From Utricularia gibba (lineage: Eukaryota > Plantae > Magnoliophyta): a stretch of 64,000 nucleotides of DNA. Positions 24,793 to 38,778 of this stretch are shown here, one piece after another. The translations under genes and the position numbers were made by a program. The stretch lies in assembly GCA_002189035.1 (NCBI GenBank), contig CM007989.1, positions 186,001-250,000 of the forward strand, given 5' to 3'. The number at the start of each line of letters is the position of its first letter. The stretch's first letter is position 1. Below the pieces are notes generated by a model, which was given only the letters and a program-made list of their open reading frames with translations, was not told the DNA's origin and searched no databases.

Positions 24793-26951
24793 ATGATTCC
24801 TGTTGGCGGAATCTCGTTCTGCCTCGGTGCTGCAGCCCTTTATCTTCTGGGTAGGAGCAGTGGAAGGTGGGATGTCTTAAATCTCCCTCTCGTTTTAGTT
24901 GGATCTTTTTTAATTTTTGTGGAGTGCTACGACTGAATCGTTCATTTTGGTGTATTTGGTTGTAATTTTTCCTTGTGATTCTAGGGATGCCGATGTTCTC
25001 ACGAGTGTTACACGAGTTGCTGAGTTGAAGAATTTGGGTTTGATAACACTTTTCAAGTGAATTTACCTGTTAGATGGCTGGTTTTTTTTTCTCATTTTTT
25101 CGTTTTTTTTTTCTTAAACGGAAATTCAGCCCAGATGTTGGATGCTGCTGGAAAAATGATGCCCTTGGTTGTTACTATCTCCGGCAAGGCTGGTTCTGAT
25201 ACGCCTATTAGTTGTGAGTACAGTGGCTTACGAGGTGTAATTGTCGAACAAATGGTACACGAACTAACCCTCGAAAGCAGATTAGAAACAAAAATCGTGC
25301 GCTTAAAAAGCAGTTGATTTTCATTTTCAGGCGGAGCAGCATTTTTTGAAACACAATGATGCAGGATCTTGGATACAAGATTCGGCCTTGATCGTCTCGA
25401 ATTGCAAGGAAGTTCCTTGGTACATCGTAAGATATGAAAACACTCCATTTTGTTGCTTTCTGAAATGCTTCTTTATATCCAGTCATACGAGAATCTGCTA
25501 TTAAAATTTTGTTATCCTAATATGCCTGGTTTTAAGGATTTCCAGCTAATATTTGGAAAACCCATTTTTTTACCAACTAGGATGATGGTACTGCTCGTGT
25601 GCAAGTCATCGGGGCTCGTGGTGCCTTAGGTTTGGCACTAGTAGTGGGAAGCGAGGTATTTGAGGAGTCAGGGAGATCTCTAATGCGTGGCACACTGGAT
25701 TATCTTCAAGGCCTAAAGGTTGGAGCTTGTTACTTTTGCTTTTTTATTTTGCTAACAGTTCAGAAATGACATTGGCAAATTATTTGCTATAGATGCTTGG
25801 GGTCAAGAGAATAGAACGGCTTTTGCCAACTGGTACACCACTGACCGTTGTAGGCGAGGTATGATGCTATTGATTCTATAAGTTCATTTAATTACCTTTT
25901 TCTTGCTTTCTGCTCTTGAATCCTTTGCTATTGATACTATAAGTTCATATAATGGGCGTGGATGATTTAGGGTCAAAGCTGATCCTCTGCAACAGCTAAG
26001 TTTGTTTTAGTTCCTTAGGAGGATAGTAATTGTCTATAACTTTTCGTTTCATGTTATGTTGGCATGGTGATGCAGGTGGTTAGGGATGACATTGGCTCAT
26101 TTCGAATCCAGCAACCCTATAAGGGCCCATTTTATGTCTCTGACAAAACCATTGATCAGTTGATTGCAAATCTTGGGAGATGGTCTAGGTAACTCCTCTG
26201 AAACCTTGGTTGATTCATGCTGTTAGGATGTACTGGCACACGCATCTTCAGGCTAAAACAGCCTTTTCTTTGCTGATGATACTGTTGTACATAATTTCAA
26301 AGTAACAGATGCATTTTTACTTTCTTTAGAGTCTACAAGTATGCTTCAGTGGGATTTGCAGCTTTTGGTGTTTTTCTTCTTGCCAAGCATGCATTCCATC
26401 ACATCATGGAGAGGAGACGTCACAGAGAAATGCGGAAGAGGTCTGAGTAGACTTGTCTGTTTTCAAATATCCTGGTTCCCTTAGTTCCGCAAATAGAGTA
26501 TCCCTGACTTGTAGCTTGAAACAGGGTTCTCGCTGCAGCAGCAGCTAGAAAAACAGCCCAAGACGAAGGGGGTAAGCTGCCCGTTCCTCCATCCTTGTCA
26601 TATTGTTCAGCTTTGTTCCCAATCGAGCAAGTGGGTTTTTTTATTTCCAGGTCTGCCCAACAATAACGAGGATGCAACCAACAGTACCAGCACAGACAAA
26701 GCAATGCCTGATATATGCGTCATCTGTCTGGAACAGGAGTACAACGCTGTCTTCATCCCGTGAGCTCCTTCGCTTCGTTTGCCATACAAAAAAAACTGCC
26801 CTTATTTCAAACTATCTTGTATTTAAATGCTCTTTTTTTCTTGTTCAGGTGTGGGCATATGTGTTGCTGCGTTCCATGTTCTTCACACTTGACAAACTGC
26901 CCACTCTGTCGCAGACGAATCGATCAGGCCGTCCGAACTTTCCGGCATTGA
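24793..26951 (+). CDS. SP1: SP1 chloroplast outer-membrane RING E3 ligase (GIDE/MULAN-like)
   Basis: Spliced translation MIPVGGISFCLGAAALYLLGRSSGR|DADVL...AEQHFLKHNDAGSWIQDSAL...TLDYLQGLK|MLGVKRIERLLPTG...; C3HC4 RING CVICLEQEYNAVFIP|CGHMCCC...CPLCRRRIDQAVRTFRH*. Confidence 0.95.
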
Positions 26952-27493
26952 TCCATGGCGCGTGCTTGCCCTGGTGACTGCTGCAACTGCTCTCCCGTTG
27001 CGCTTGCACATAACCAAAGAAAAAGAAAAAAAAAAGGAACGTACATTCTTCCAGAAACACTACACTTCTGCTACTTGAACCTGTGTCCGTTTGAGATTTT
27101 GTTCAGGTTTGAAGGGAAAAGAAGAATTTGGAATTGCAATTTGCATCCGAAAGAAAGTGAGCATGAAAAATTTGATTGATGGTGTGCGGGGCGGGGCGGG
27201 GCGGGAATTGAATGCGTGTGCTGGTTGGCGTGTAGTGAAGACGAGATGAGATAGTGGAGGTTTGGGCGGCAGATCCAATGCACATGGAAGAAGACGACCA
27301 CTCACTCCACGGCGCCACGTGCATTACCTCCACGCCATTTTGCTCGCCTTCCGCCTTTAAATTATTATTATTTTTTCACTTGGATTCTTCTCCTCTTCCT
27401 CTTCGTAAAAGCAAGAGGGGGCACGCTGCCTGCCTCCTGGTGCCCCCCACCCCCATTCATTATTGTTATTCAGTGGGCCGGAGTAGAAGAAAC

Positions 27494-27514
27494 TAGTAGT
27501 AGTAGTAGTAGTAG
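27494..27514 (+). repeat. (TAG)7 microsatellite
   Basis: Direct observation. Confidence 0.9.
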
Positions 27515-28363
27515 GAGTTGGTACCAAGTCTCCTTTATTATCCACCACCCCTCTCTTCCACTTCCTTGCCCTCCCAAATATGTTTATTTTCTTAACCAAC
27601 CAAGAACAACAAAAAAAAAAAAAAAACAAAGTACGAGTACGATAGACATCCATCCATCCAGCAGATCAACTCATTCCGGGATGGGGTGTGTGAGAGAGGG
27701 AGAGGCCTGTGGCAAACAGGCGCCTAAAAACCGGAGCGTTTGAGGTTCTTTTTTCTTTTCTTTTTTTATTTTTGAAACAGCAGTCATCCCTCTCTGACAT
27801 CCAGATTTACATTGCAGCTTTTCATGATAACCATGCATCAAAAAATACCAGCAACAAAAACAACCATTGCTCCTACTGCCTCCCCGCCTATCTCTGCAGT
27901 CCTCCCCACACAAATCACAACGCAAATGATTTGATTTACTTTGGAAGCAATGCCACTGCTTAATCAACCCGGTAGGTCCTCCAGAAGAGAGAGAGTGAGA
28001 GAGAGGGGGAGGGGGGGCGGGGCTATTACTCTTCGTGTCCCCACAGACGGTGGATGTGCAGTGAAACCCTTTCTTGATTGTTCAGGTAAAACATATCTCT
28101 AGATGAAATGCGGGTTTTCAACCTAAATTCCAATGTGAATTTGAAAATGGCCCACTACGCAACATAGCGTATTCATTCTCACATCAGAATTAGGCGACCG
28201 CACAGGAGGAGTTGGTTGGGTTGCATGAACTAAAACCTAGCAGATGTTGAATGCATATTCGTCTTCTTCTTCTTCTTCTTCTTCTTCACGAGGGCAAAAA
28301 ATAGAAAAAAGGGATACTTTAGTGGGAGCCAACAGATAGATAGATGCCTTCCCTCGTCTCCAT

Positions 28364-29109
28364 TCAAGGCTGTAAATGAACCCATTGATACCTTCCCTCT
28401 AATGGGACATCCCTCACTATGTCATAGTTGTACCTGCAAAACAGAATGCCACATACGATAATTTGCTTTCACTCTTCGGTAGCGATTTGGTGGGTTCCTC
28501 TGCATATTCGCAGAAAAGGATATTATGGTAATGGAGACTCACTTTTGGACGAAGCGTTTCTGTTGGTAAATTTCTGCCGCCGAGAAGAAGTCCTCCAGCT
28601 CCGACGCCGACGGCATGACGTGGACCATTTGCCGGAGCTGCTTTGTCGGAAGTCGAATTATGACCTTGGGATCTCCATATGCCTCGCTTTTAGGGCTCCC
28701 TTCGACACTGCGAAACGTACAGAAAACGTGAAACAGACGCCCGTGAAAATCAACATATACTGAGTGTTTTCACCTGAAAACGCCATGGTTTGACATGGAA
28801 GAGCTTTCGGATTCGAATTCACGAGCCTCACGCCTGGATTCCACATCCTACAACACAAATCATAAGCCGACATCAAAAACTAAAACTCATAAGAAACATA
28901 CGTAACATCATACATCCGAATTTCCAAATTACCTCCAGATCTAGCTCTCTCATGGAGCCGTCAGGCCTTTTCTCCTCCTCCAGGGACATCGTAATCGTAT
29001 TCGAATTCTCCGGCGCGTCACACTCGGTGGCCTGCTTCCTCTTCCTAGCGAAAATCAAGTGATCGTCGGCAGCTCCGGCGCTGGCTGCCACCTTTTCACC
29101 GTCCTTCAT
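28364..29109 (-). CDS. KRP: ICK/KRP cyclin-dependent kinase inhibitor (KRP6/7-like), 4 exons, ~165-170 aa
   Basis: Exons 29109-28933, ~28850-28774, ~28709-28545 and 28433-28364 splice in frame to MPSASELEDFFSAAEIYQQKRFVQK|YNYDIVRDVPLEGRYQWVHLQP*, the conserved KRP C-terminal domain. Confidence 0.93.
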
Positions 29110-29709
29110 GTATCCTCTGATCTCCTCCTATACTTACACGGCCTGTATCGCTACATTCACCGTGACTGCTTCGAGAGGCAGCGATCAGCAGAAATGAAAA
29201 GCTCAGTGTCTCGCCAAATGTTGGCTTATAATAGCGAAGGTTTTCAAAAATTGATAGACAGCGGAGGGTAAAAATGGGAATTCCGTGATTTTTTTGATCC
29301 TACTGCGGTGGAAGCGGTTACGCAGCATGTGGTCCTGACTTTTTTAACGGCGACAGGCACATGCCGATGCCTTCGTTAAGAGAGATGGGGGAATGATTAC
29401 GGGCAGGGAGCTAATCACAGGCCACCACGTGGATGCCTTGACAACCGGCGTTACCCGGTCAGGATACCGGGAATCTTTTTAATTAACCACATAAAATGAT
29501 ACCATGATAGCCAGCGCCACCGGCGACTGCACAGAATCTCACTCCAATTTATCACTAAACCTACCCTGACCTTGCACCAGGGCTTCTGCTTCAAAAAATA
29601 TTTTATTAAGACGGATTTTCCTTTCTTCTTTTTTTTTTTGTAATACACGAAACGTTTCATGAACAGCCAATGGTCTATGAAAAGGTAGCAGCTATACGCG
29701 TAAATGCGC

Positions 29710-32700
29710 TTATAGTTTTGCAGGGAGGTGACTGAATGCTGGATCAATGCACACAACGACCTGCGGGGTTTCAAACATCAAATTACCACTAAAAAGGCCT
29801 GCAACACACTTGCAATTTAAGCAAGAAAAAACCAGGCGAATCTCAACAAAGTGGTTGAGTAGGAAGAGATTTCGAAAAGTACCTTGCCAACGCTGTTGCC
29901 TGAGTGAAGATATTCAACTGCATCGGCAGCGGAGCGAACACCAACAAAGAGCTTAGGGTCAATAGCAACCTGCATTTCAAGAAGCCTGGTAAGAGTGGAT
30001 GCAGGGTCCTAAGCGTCATGGAGTTTAACATCAATGTAATTTACTGAACCTTGAGCTTCCCGGAGGAGTAGAGATCCATGAGCTTGTCGAGATGTTGTTG
30101 CCAGAAGTGAGGATATTGTGTTAGGAAAAAGCCAGCCTGATCACAGTGTACAGAAAAAGTCCACATCTTTAATAGTAGCCAATGGTAACAAAGGTCATCA
30201 AAATATCACATCATACTTTCCCAAAGAAAAGGCCACAGCAACGTAAATAAGGAATTGTGGTATAAAAAGACAAGCATTGCGTCATCTTGAAGTAAACTTA
30301 CCACTGTCTGGCTCTTCGCTAGGATCTTCTCACAGAGTCCAGGGTAATTTCTTGGCTTCCATCCATGCTCTCCTTGGTACTAGAATTTTCAATTGTTAAA
30401 TGTTAAAATAGCGAGTCATTGGAGGACGAAAACCAACTTTTCGATGGTGACTTATACTTCATATTGTAGAGGTTCAGAGGCCTGACCTGAGAGATCATCC
30501 CAATCACAACAAGACGTCCGTAGGTCGCCAAAGCATTGAGGCATAAGTCGAACATTTCACCACCAACAGACTCATAAACAATATCAACTCCTTTAGGGAA
30601 TTCAGTTTTCAAAACCTGGAAAGGTCAGACAAAGGGAGAAAATGAAGAGAAGTCAAACATTTTTATTAGAGAGAGGAGGACCCTTTTGAAGTAGCTTACA
30701 GTTTTGATATCTTCACTTTTATAGTCGATTACTCGATCAACCCCCAAATCTCTCAAAAGCGCAGCCTTCTCTGTTCCTCCACATGTTGCAATGACTTTAT
30801 TTCCCGCCAATTTTGCAAGCTGCATCAATGCAGTTTGTGTTTCATATACTTGTAAATAGGGAAGCTGTTTTAAACTATTGAAATTTCACATCTCTATATA
30901 CCTGGACGGCGAACTGCCCAGTTCCTCCTGCAGCAGCTGTTACAAGAACAGATTTCCCTGAACCCATTAGTGCTGCCTAACAATTAGAAAAAGGAAGGTG
31001 ATTCTTCGAAAACAAGGTAAGCAGTTCTTTTTAGAGTCCCCATAAGAAACATATGAAAACCTTTTCCAAAGCGATGGACGCTGTTAGACCAGACGTGAGC
31101 ATAGCAACAACTTCTGGAACTGGTTTTGCCACTGGAAGAACGTGCTTTGAACGTATCTATACAATCCAGCAAAACTGCAATCAGACTCGGAATGAATGAA
31201 AAAGAAATTAAAAAATGCCTACTATACTTACCAGTGTGAATTCAGCATATCCTCCAAATGTCATGATTGCAGCTGGAGTACCGACTTTCAAATGCCCAAC
31301 TGAGTTGCCAATGGCAGCGATGATTCCCACAGCCTGTATCAAGAACACTGAGATTGAAACGCAAGAAACGCTGTGCTCATACTTGAGGAAGATAAAAGAT
31401 GGGATCATTTTCACACCTCAAAACCAGCATCAAATGGGAGGAGGGAAGAAACATCTTTGCTGCCCCCTACAAAGTACCTTCCAGAGCTAAAATTCACCTG
31501 GTTGCCAGGTATCCGAAATCAAACATAAAAATGAAATAAAATCCCCTGATGATCTAGTTCTTGTTCAACCAAACAACTTTAAAAACTTACATCACTAGCA
31601 TTAACCCCTGCATATATGATCTTCAGAAGAACATAATCTGGTTCAAGGGGCAATCTTAATGGGACATGCACTATCCTTGTTGCAGCTCGGAAATTGTGAC
31701 TGAGAGTGTGAACGATTCTGAGGAGATAATCACAGAAATATTTCAGGAAGTTAATAAATCCATATGGGAGTCAGAAAGATGCAACAGGAGTACATGTCAT
31801 TCCCAACAATGTTGCTTGCTTACAACTTCTCAAAACTTGGAGGGATTTGGATTTTCACTGGAACATCTTGATGTATTTTTCTCGATGTTCTTGGACGCAC
31901 ACGAAATTTTTCCTCCTCTTCAGGAGTTGGCCAGTACTCCAAGCCTCTTCTCTTGGAAATCCACAAACAGGAGCCAGCTTTAGTTTCATCAGCAATGAGG
32001 TCAAAGGTACCTACATGAATTATACATAATAATCAACCAAACAAATTTCTTTTGCAGGATGGAACAATTTAAGCATATGTACTGGAGTAGAATGCGTTCG
32101 TAGCTCTTTAAGATGGTAAACTGCTGGGGATGGTGCATTACCTTCTATGAGCATTTCCATCGGAATGTAGCCACCAAACATATCAATATGCTTAACATCC
32201 ATCTTTTCAGCCAACTCAGTTTGAACAAACTGTAAAGTTCCAACACAACAGATGATTTTACGCTATCTAATTCATTAGAGAGTATATAATTGTCAACCCA
32301 GTGTATGCCTGACCTCAGGGCAAAGTGCATTAATGCGAATTCCTTGACGTTTATAGAAGCCCAGTGATCTGGTAAACATAACTACTCCACCTGCAATTAA
32401 GGAAGGCCAGTTATCAGAAATGAAGGATTTACAGTAAAGCAGGTGAGAAAGCTGAAATAGTAAACAACCCTTGGAGCCTGAGTAGATAGGATCTTGATAC
32501 ATTGGATACAATCCTGATGCAGAAGCTACGTTCACAATGACTCCAGGTCTTTTAGCTTCTTTCATTGCTCGAATCTGTGAACCCAATGAAACCAATTGTT
32601 GGACTTCAGAGATGAATTCCTAAATTCTATCAACTTAGATTCAGAAAAGTGATTTGAAATACCGCAAGACGTGTAGAATCTATGACGGCAACAAAGTTAA

Positions 32701-33151
32701 TATCAACTGCGCGCCTCCACGATTTGGAGCCATCAGTATGATCCTTGCTGAAATGAATAGAAGTTGCGATCCCCGCGCAATTTATGCAGATATCTAATCC
32801 TCCGAATGTCTCAACGTGCTTCAAGAAGGCCGCCTCGAGTTCATCTAACTCATCAAATCAAAAATTCCGTACGTAACATACCAACCACGCAAAATACCAA
32901 TCGCAAAACTTCAACTACGTACTAGAATCGACGACGTCACATCTGATAAAAAGTGAAAGCGGAAAATTCCGTCCAACGTGATACTTGGAGAGCTTTTCTT
33001 GAGCTAGTACTGCAACTTCTTTCCCTCTCTCTTCCGAAAAGTCAATGATCGTCACGAAGACTCCTTTCTCCGCAAGAGCCAAAGTTAGTGCTCTGCCGAT
33101 GCCGGATGCGCCGCCAGTGACAACGGCGGAGAGGCCTGGGCGGAGCTCCAT
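29710..33151 (-). CDS. SDR + zinc-binding (MDR) dehydrogenase fusion, NADPH quinone/alkenal reductase-like (At1g49670-type), peroxisomal
   Basis: N-terminal SDR motif TGGASGIG and YSGSKGG; MDR motifs [33 protein letters not shown]; last exon [16 protein letters not shown] ends in the PTS1 tripeptide AKL. Confidence 0.92.
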
Positions 33152-33517
33152 CTTCGAGGTAGATTTCCTGTTGTTGCGTGGGAGTGAATTCTTTGTTCTT
33201 ATCTCTCTTTGACATCGTCACTTGTAGGCAGAGCCTTCGCTCCAGTCCTCCCTCCGTGTTACTCAAATGAGAAAAATCAAATCAAATACATTGCAGCTAA
33301 TTATTATCATTATTTATTAATATAAGTCCACATTAATAAATAAGATTCGGTGGCAAGTGTCTCCCGTTGAATTTAACATAGGTATTTCTCCAATTTCCCC
33401 TGGTCCTTACGCTGTGCACGTGTAGGAATTTTGGGAAAAATCCAGCAGAAATTAATTATATACAAAAAAATAATAATAATATTTTAAAGAGTGACAGAAG
33501 ATATACATGTAAGTAAA

Positions 33518-36500
33518 TTACGGCCCATTCTGGTTCAAACACTGAAGGACAACGGGTGCAGCAGGAGCCTTACCTTGTGAAGTTCTCATTATTTTTGAGT
33601 GTGGCAACTGGACACGCTTCAAAGCCGATGAACTCACGCTAGAAACTCTGTTTACAAACGACCGTGCCGATGTTCTTTCTTTCTTACCTTGTTGGGCTGG
33701 AAGTTCATTTCCACTTTTATGACCCCCTGTTTCCGGCCTTACGGCTGATTCAACAGGGACAAGCTTCCCTCCCACTTGATTTGTGAAAACGAATGAAACC
33801 TGCATTTCGCCAGGAGATGCTCTTGATCCTTGAGATAATGTAAATGCAGCGTACTTGAATAGGTGGGTAATCTGACCTCATCTCCTGCTGAAGCCTGCAG
33901 TATGATATCAGGAAGGGTTGATGGGAAATGATGATGCCCCCAGTTAGCCAAGTCCTCCTCTTTGGGAGTTCCGATCTGTCTTTCATGATCTTTTAAAGAG
34001 CTCAAGCAGCCAGCAATGGCTGCAAATCCCCCTATATCCTCCTGCTCAGGCTTCTGGGGGATTTCGGTTGAATCAACAGTGTTGTCTAACATGGCTTCAT
34101 GTGGCTTGCAACGACTGCAGTGCATATTTTCGTGGATTTCGGAACTGCGCCCATGGATGATAAGAGCTCAGCAGCAAAACGGTGAACGATTGAGGATTGA
34201 TAAAAATTTAAGACTCCTAGGTTTTTACCTTACAACCTCATGAAGTGTGAATAAGTCACGCAGGTCCTCAGTTGAAAGTAGATTACCCTGTGAAATAGCA
34301 TATCATAATTCATGTGACTGAGAAAAAAAGTTGGACCTCAACTGTAGGAACTGATGCAAATCATACATCCTCCATATCTGCATGATCTTTCTGAATAACT
34401 TTTTGAAGCCCTTCTTTTGAAATCTGGCGCTGGTATACCTACATATTAGACTAAACAGTCACTTGAAGATGGGTTAATCTAATGCATAGAAAATTGATCA
34501 CCACTACCTTTTCTTCAATAGTGCCTGTACATAAAAATCTATAGATGTAGACTCTCTTCTTCTGTCCGTCCCTCCACACTCTAGCTGCAGCCTGTGAATA
34601 TTAGAGAAGTGTAACATACATAGCCATTTGATGATAGAAAGAAAAGAAATGAGCATGTCGTGACAAAAAGAAAGGCTTACTTGCTTATCGTTCGCTGGAT
34701 TCCAATCAGGGTCAAAGAGAACTAGCCGGTTTCCACCAATTAAATTGAGGCCGCAACCTCCCGCTTTGCTGCTTAGTAGAAATGCAAATTCATCCTGCAG
34801 AAATATTAATGTAAACCAGTGAAGCAGAAAACTAAAAAAATGCATGATCCTGAGACGATTCACGTACCTTTGATGGATCATTGAAACGATTAACCAACTT
34901 TTGCCTTTTACTTATTGATGTGGTCCCATCAAGTCTCAAAAAAGGATACCTTCTTTCGCGACATAGTTGGGCAAAAAGATCCAATGTCTGGAGGAAGATC
35001 GAAAAGAAGAGGGAGATTTGGTTTAAATGGACAAGGAACATATGAATTAACTACAAGAACCTTTGGACACCTAGACAGCAGAATTCTAGTTTCTTAGACC
35101 ACAATAATATAAACACCTGGGACAATGACATCAAGTTCCTTGGATATAATATGGTATAGTAATCTCTTTTATTCCGAAGACTGAAGATGCGCATACTCGT
35201 AAGTGCTAACTCAAAATTTGGAGCAAAAGTTACTAACCTGAGTATAATTTGAAACTAAAACTATCCTGTCATCAGTCCGCTGGCGTAGGTTAGCAAGTAA
35301 TCGTGCTAAGACATGCATTTTTCCAGATAGCTCTACCCATGCCCCGTCACCTCCAGTCCAGGTTCCAGATCTGTTTCCGTCAATGAAAGATAGTTCAAAA
35401 AAGATGAACTAAAATTAGCAGGAGAATGAATACCTTGCCGAGAACATTTCTGGTGGAAAGAACCGCAGACAATTCTCAAACCCTGATAATCCTGGGCTTC
35501 CACTTTTTATTGTGTCATATATAAGCTGCACGCAATAATTATCTGCCTTAGTAGATGTAAAAAATTCCCCATTAGCGGTACTTTCATCGCATGATTTCCA
35601 TTTTAGAGGTTAACCAGAAACATGCATTTGTAACAATGAAATTCATGGTGCAGACATCAAAGCACTTTAAAAAAACAGATTACTTGAAAACTTCTGAGCA
35701 AGTAGAACCAAGATTATACCTTCGGGTGATTACAGAGTTTTTTAAGAGCAGTGATATAAGCTAAGATCTTTGACCGTCTTGCTTCTTCTGTAATGGCTTG
35801 CTTAACCTGTATTTAAAAGTTCAAGGGATTAAAAGAGTTGCAACTAATTGCATAAAAAAATATCATACGGACACACTTTAACCAGAAGATAAAAAAACTT
35901 ACATTTTTTGAATGTATAAAATGGCTGTACAGGTTAATTTGCAAAGGAGTCAGCTTGCAGCAGGCAACCTCAACTATCTGCAACATTTTAGCTCAAATAT
36001 CATTACCCACTCTCCCGTTGTGCAGGTTTCCCAAGATGTATTTCAAAAACATGGATAGTATAGGATGAAGTACCTTCGGTGGTAAGTGATTTGATAATAA
36101 TGTATTAGTCCTCCGTAAAATAAACTGAAAGAAAAGCATTTCATTGGATAGAAGTTATCATTTATCATGTCAAACCAGATAAGAATTAGGCATACGTAGG
36201 ACAGTACTTATGTTTCAGTAAATCATGCTAAGATAACGATCAAAAACCTACCTGGTTTACTTTCCTACTCAATTCCAGAGAGCGTTCTGCGAAAAGCTTC
36301 TTTTCCTCATCAGTCGCACTGGGCTCCCGACCGCAAACTATTGGGTACTGAGAAGAGGAGGCAAAAAATTTAGATATTACATAAAAGGACAACTAGGCAG
36401 GAATCTTTGTTTGTGTGACAACGTATACATTTATACTCGAAAATGAAGCTGTTCATAATTCTCCTAAAAAAAAAAAAATTCCCACCTCGTAGTATCGCCT

Positions 36501-38365
36501 AAAATGTGAAGCATCTCCTAGCATTCCAGGATTTGTGAAGTTAACCATGGCATAAAACTCTTCAAGGTCATTCTGTGCATGCATGTCCGAGAAAGAGAAT
36601 CAGTCACTTAAATCAATGGAATAAAGAATCCAGTAACTTGAACCCCTATGGCTGCTTGACTTTTCTTACCTGCATTGGAGTCCCTGACAAAAGGATGCGA
36701 CGCTTGCATGACAAAGCAGCTAAAGCCTGATGCGTACATAAATGAATATATCTCAAGTTTTCAGCTAAATGAAATCCAATGTGGTGACTGGCTATAGTAT
36801 TATATATCTCACTCGATTCGTCAATGTCTGATCATTCTTCAGCCTGTGAGCCTCATCGCATATAAGTAGGTCGCAAGATCCAGTTTGGTTGAATTTTGTA
36901 GCGTGCATTCGAAATGTCTCATATGAAACAATCAATACCTGAAAGAAATTTTAATCATGAAATAGGTTTTAAGTAAGCTGAAAGTAAGAGAATATTACCT
37001 GTATAAAGCCGCCAGAACTTGTGAAACGATCAATGCCATGGACTACATCCTCTCGAGTACTTTCACAGAGGGCAATCAGCTTCACTTTTTCCCCAGTCCA
37101 TTTCTTGATTTCAGCTTCCCAGTTGCTCACTAGACTTGTCGGAGTCACAATTATGGCTTTGTTTACCATTGGTTTCCCGTCAAATCCTTGACGAAGAAGA
37201 GTGTAGAGTAATGCGATAGATTGCAAAGTTTTCCCCAACCTAAATGAACCAAAAACTACTTGTCAAATATTTGAAAGATAAATCTGACAGAATGCTCTGA
37301 ATTGCAGCTCAGAAAATATTTTCAGCAATCCGAACACTATGGATGCACTTTTTTTCAGCAAAGAAATTTACCCCATATCATCTGCCAAAATGCAGCCGTT
37401 GATGTTGGCATCACTAAGAAGACCAGATACACAATCGAACATGAACTGCACACCTTCCCTGCAAGGTGACAACCAGTTTAAGAGTGAATTCAGTATCCCA
37501 AGCAAACCCTTCAATAATTATGAAGCAAATTAATAAATGCTATATTACTACACCTTTGATGGGGCCTCAGAAATTTCACAAGTAACGGCTCCACTTCTAT
37601 AGGCTTATGTAGACCCGATATTTCATTCGATTCTTCTTCTGGCTGCCACAACACCAGAGGCTCAACTCCTGGTGGAAGTGATATGCCCTCCTCCAAGCCC
37701 TCATTTTCAATTTTTTCGGGACCATTGATGATGTTCGTAATGTTGACCAATGCAGCCTTTGACGACCCCCATGGAACAAACCTCTTTCGAGCACAGAGTC
37801 TTCTTGCCAGCTGCTCTTTGTTTTCAGAGTATCCATATGATGATGGAGGCTTAAACGGTTTCCTTAAACTGGCTTCAGATTCAATCACAGAATAAACCCG
37901 AGGAAGTAGAGACTGCCTTCTCACTCCAAGGCTACCCCTGTTTACAGAATCTATACGTAAATCTGGATCTCTAAGTTTTATAATAATCACCTAACTATTC
38001 AAGACCGAAACCGCTTAAGCGCCAGGAAAAGAATTAAAGAAAACACAGAAACAGGATACTAATCGTTGCAACCGCGTAAATCACACTTCAAAAATGAAAT
38101 CCCAAGTAAAAACGTAGAGTTTAATGAGAAATAAGTTGGACCTGTCTGGTGCATCTGCATTTGGCGACTTCGTTTCGCGGATCCTCTGCGGAGCTGAACG
38201 CACAGCTGACTCCGCCGCGGGTATTTCTTCTTCATCACCGCCGTTTCCTCCATCGGAATCGGTTTGTACACCATATTCCTCAGAAATATCGCATTCAGAA
38301 TCCAACGCCTCTGAATCACTTGACAGCGAAATGAAACCTTCATCGCCTTCCCGCGTTCTTCTCAT
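33518..38365 (-). CDS. RAD54: RAD54 (CHR25) SNF2-family DNA translocase
   Basis: RKPFKPP and RKRFVPWG N-terminal motifs, LRPHQR|[16 protein letters not shown]|LGKT (Walker A), [42 protein letters not shown]. Confidence 0.96.
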
Positions 38366-38418
38366 TTTGCTTCACCTTCATCTTTCCCTACACGTTTTAT
38401 TAGTTTGGTTTCAAAATA

Positions 38419-38507
38419 TGGGCCTCCACTTGGGCCTGAAATGTGGGTTTAGTTCAAACAAATGGCGGGAAATTTTCCAGGAAAATATAAAGGCCTACAT
38501 TTGGGCC
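38419..38507. promoter_or_regulatory. RAD54 proximal promoter: E2F site TTTCCCGC (minus strand, 38465-38472) flanked by three site II motifs
   Basis: GCGGGAAA at 38465-38472; TGGGCC at 38419, 38431 and 38502; about 100 bp upstream of the RAD54 ATG. Confidence 0.65.
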
Positions 38508-38778
38508 TGGTCGCACAGTCATACTTCACAGTTCTCGTATTCAAGTTTTCATCTTTGTGTTAGCACTTTTTTTAAATTGTTTCAATTATTGTCGGAGCTT
38601 AACCATTCCCTCTCTATTTGAAGGATCAGAATTTGGTATGTTTATGCACAGTTCACCGTTACTCCATCTGTTTCCATCCTTAGTTATGACTATGAATAAT
38701 AGTTTCGTCAAACGAAACAAAATCGAGGAGCTGTGGATGGTTTTGTCTCCTCCGCGGCAGAGCATTGAGTGTATGGCG

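Noticed and set aside
27250-28000. Partial look-alikes of miR160, miR164, miR169 and miR156
   Set aside because: Several mismatches to the mature sequences I recall, and no long fold-back partner arm.
29710-33151. SDR-MDR two-domain fusion as a novel architecture
   Set aside because: Already known in plants (At1g49670-type), including the peroxisomal C-terminal signal.
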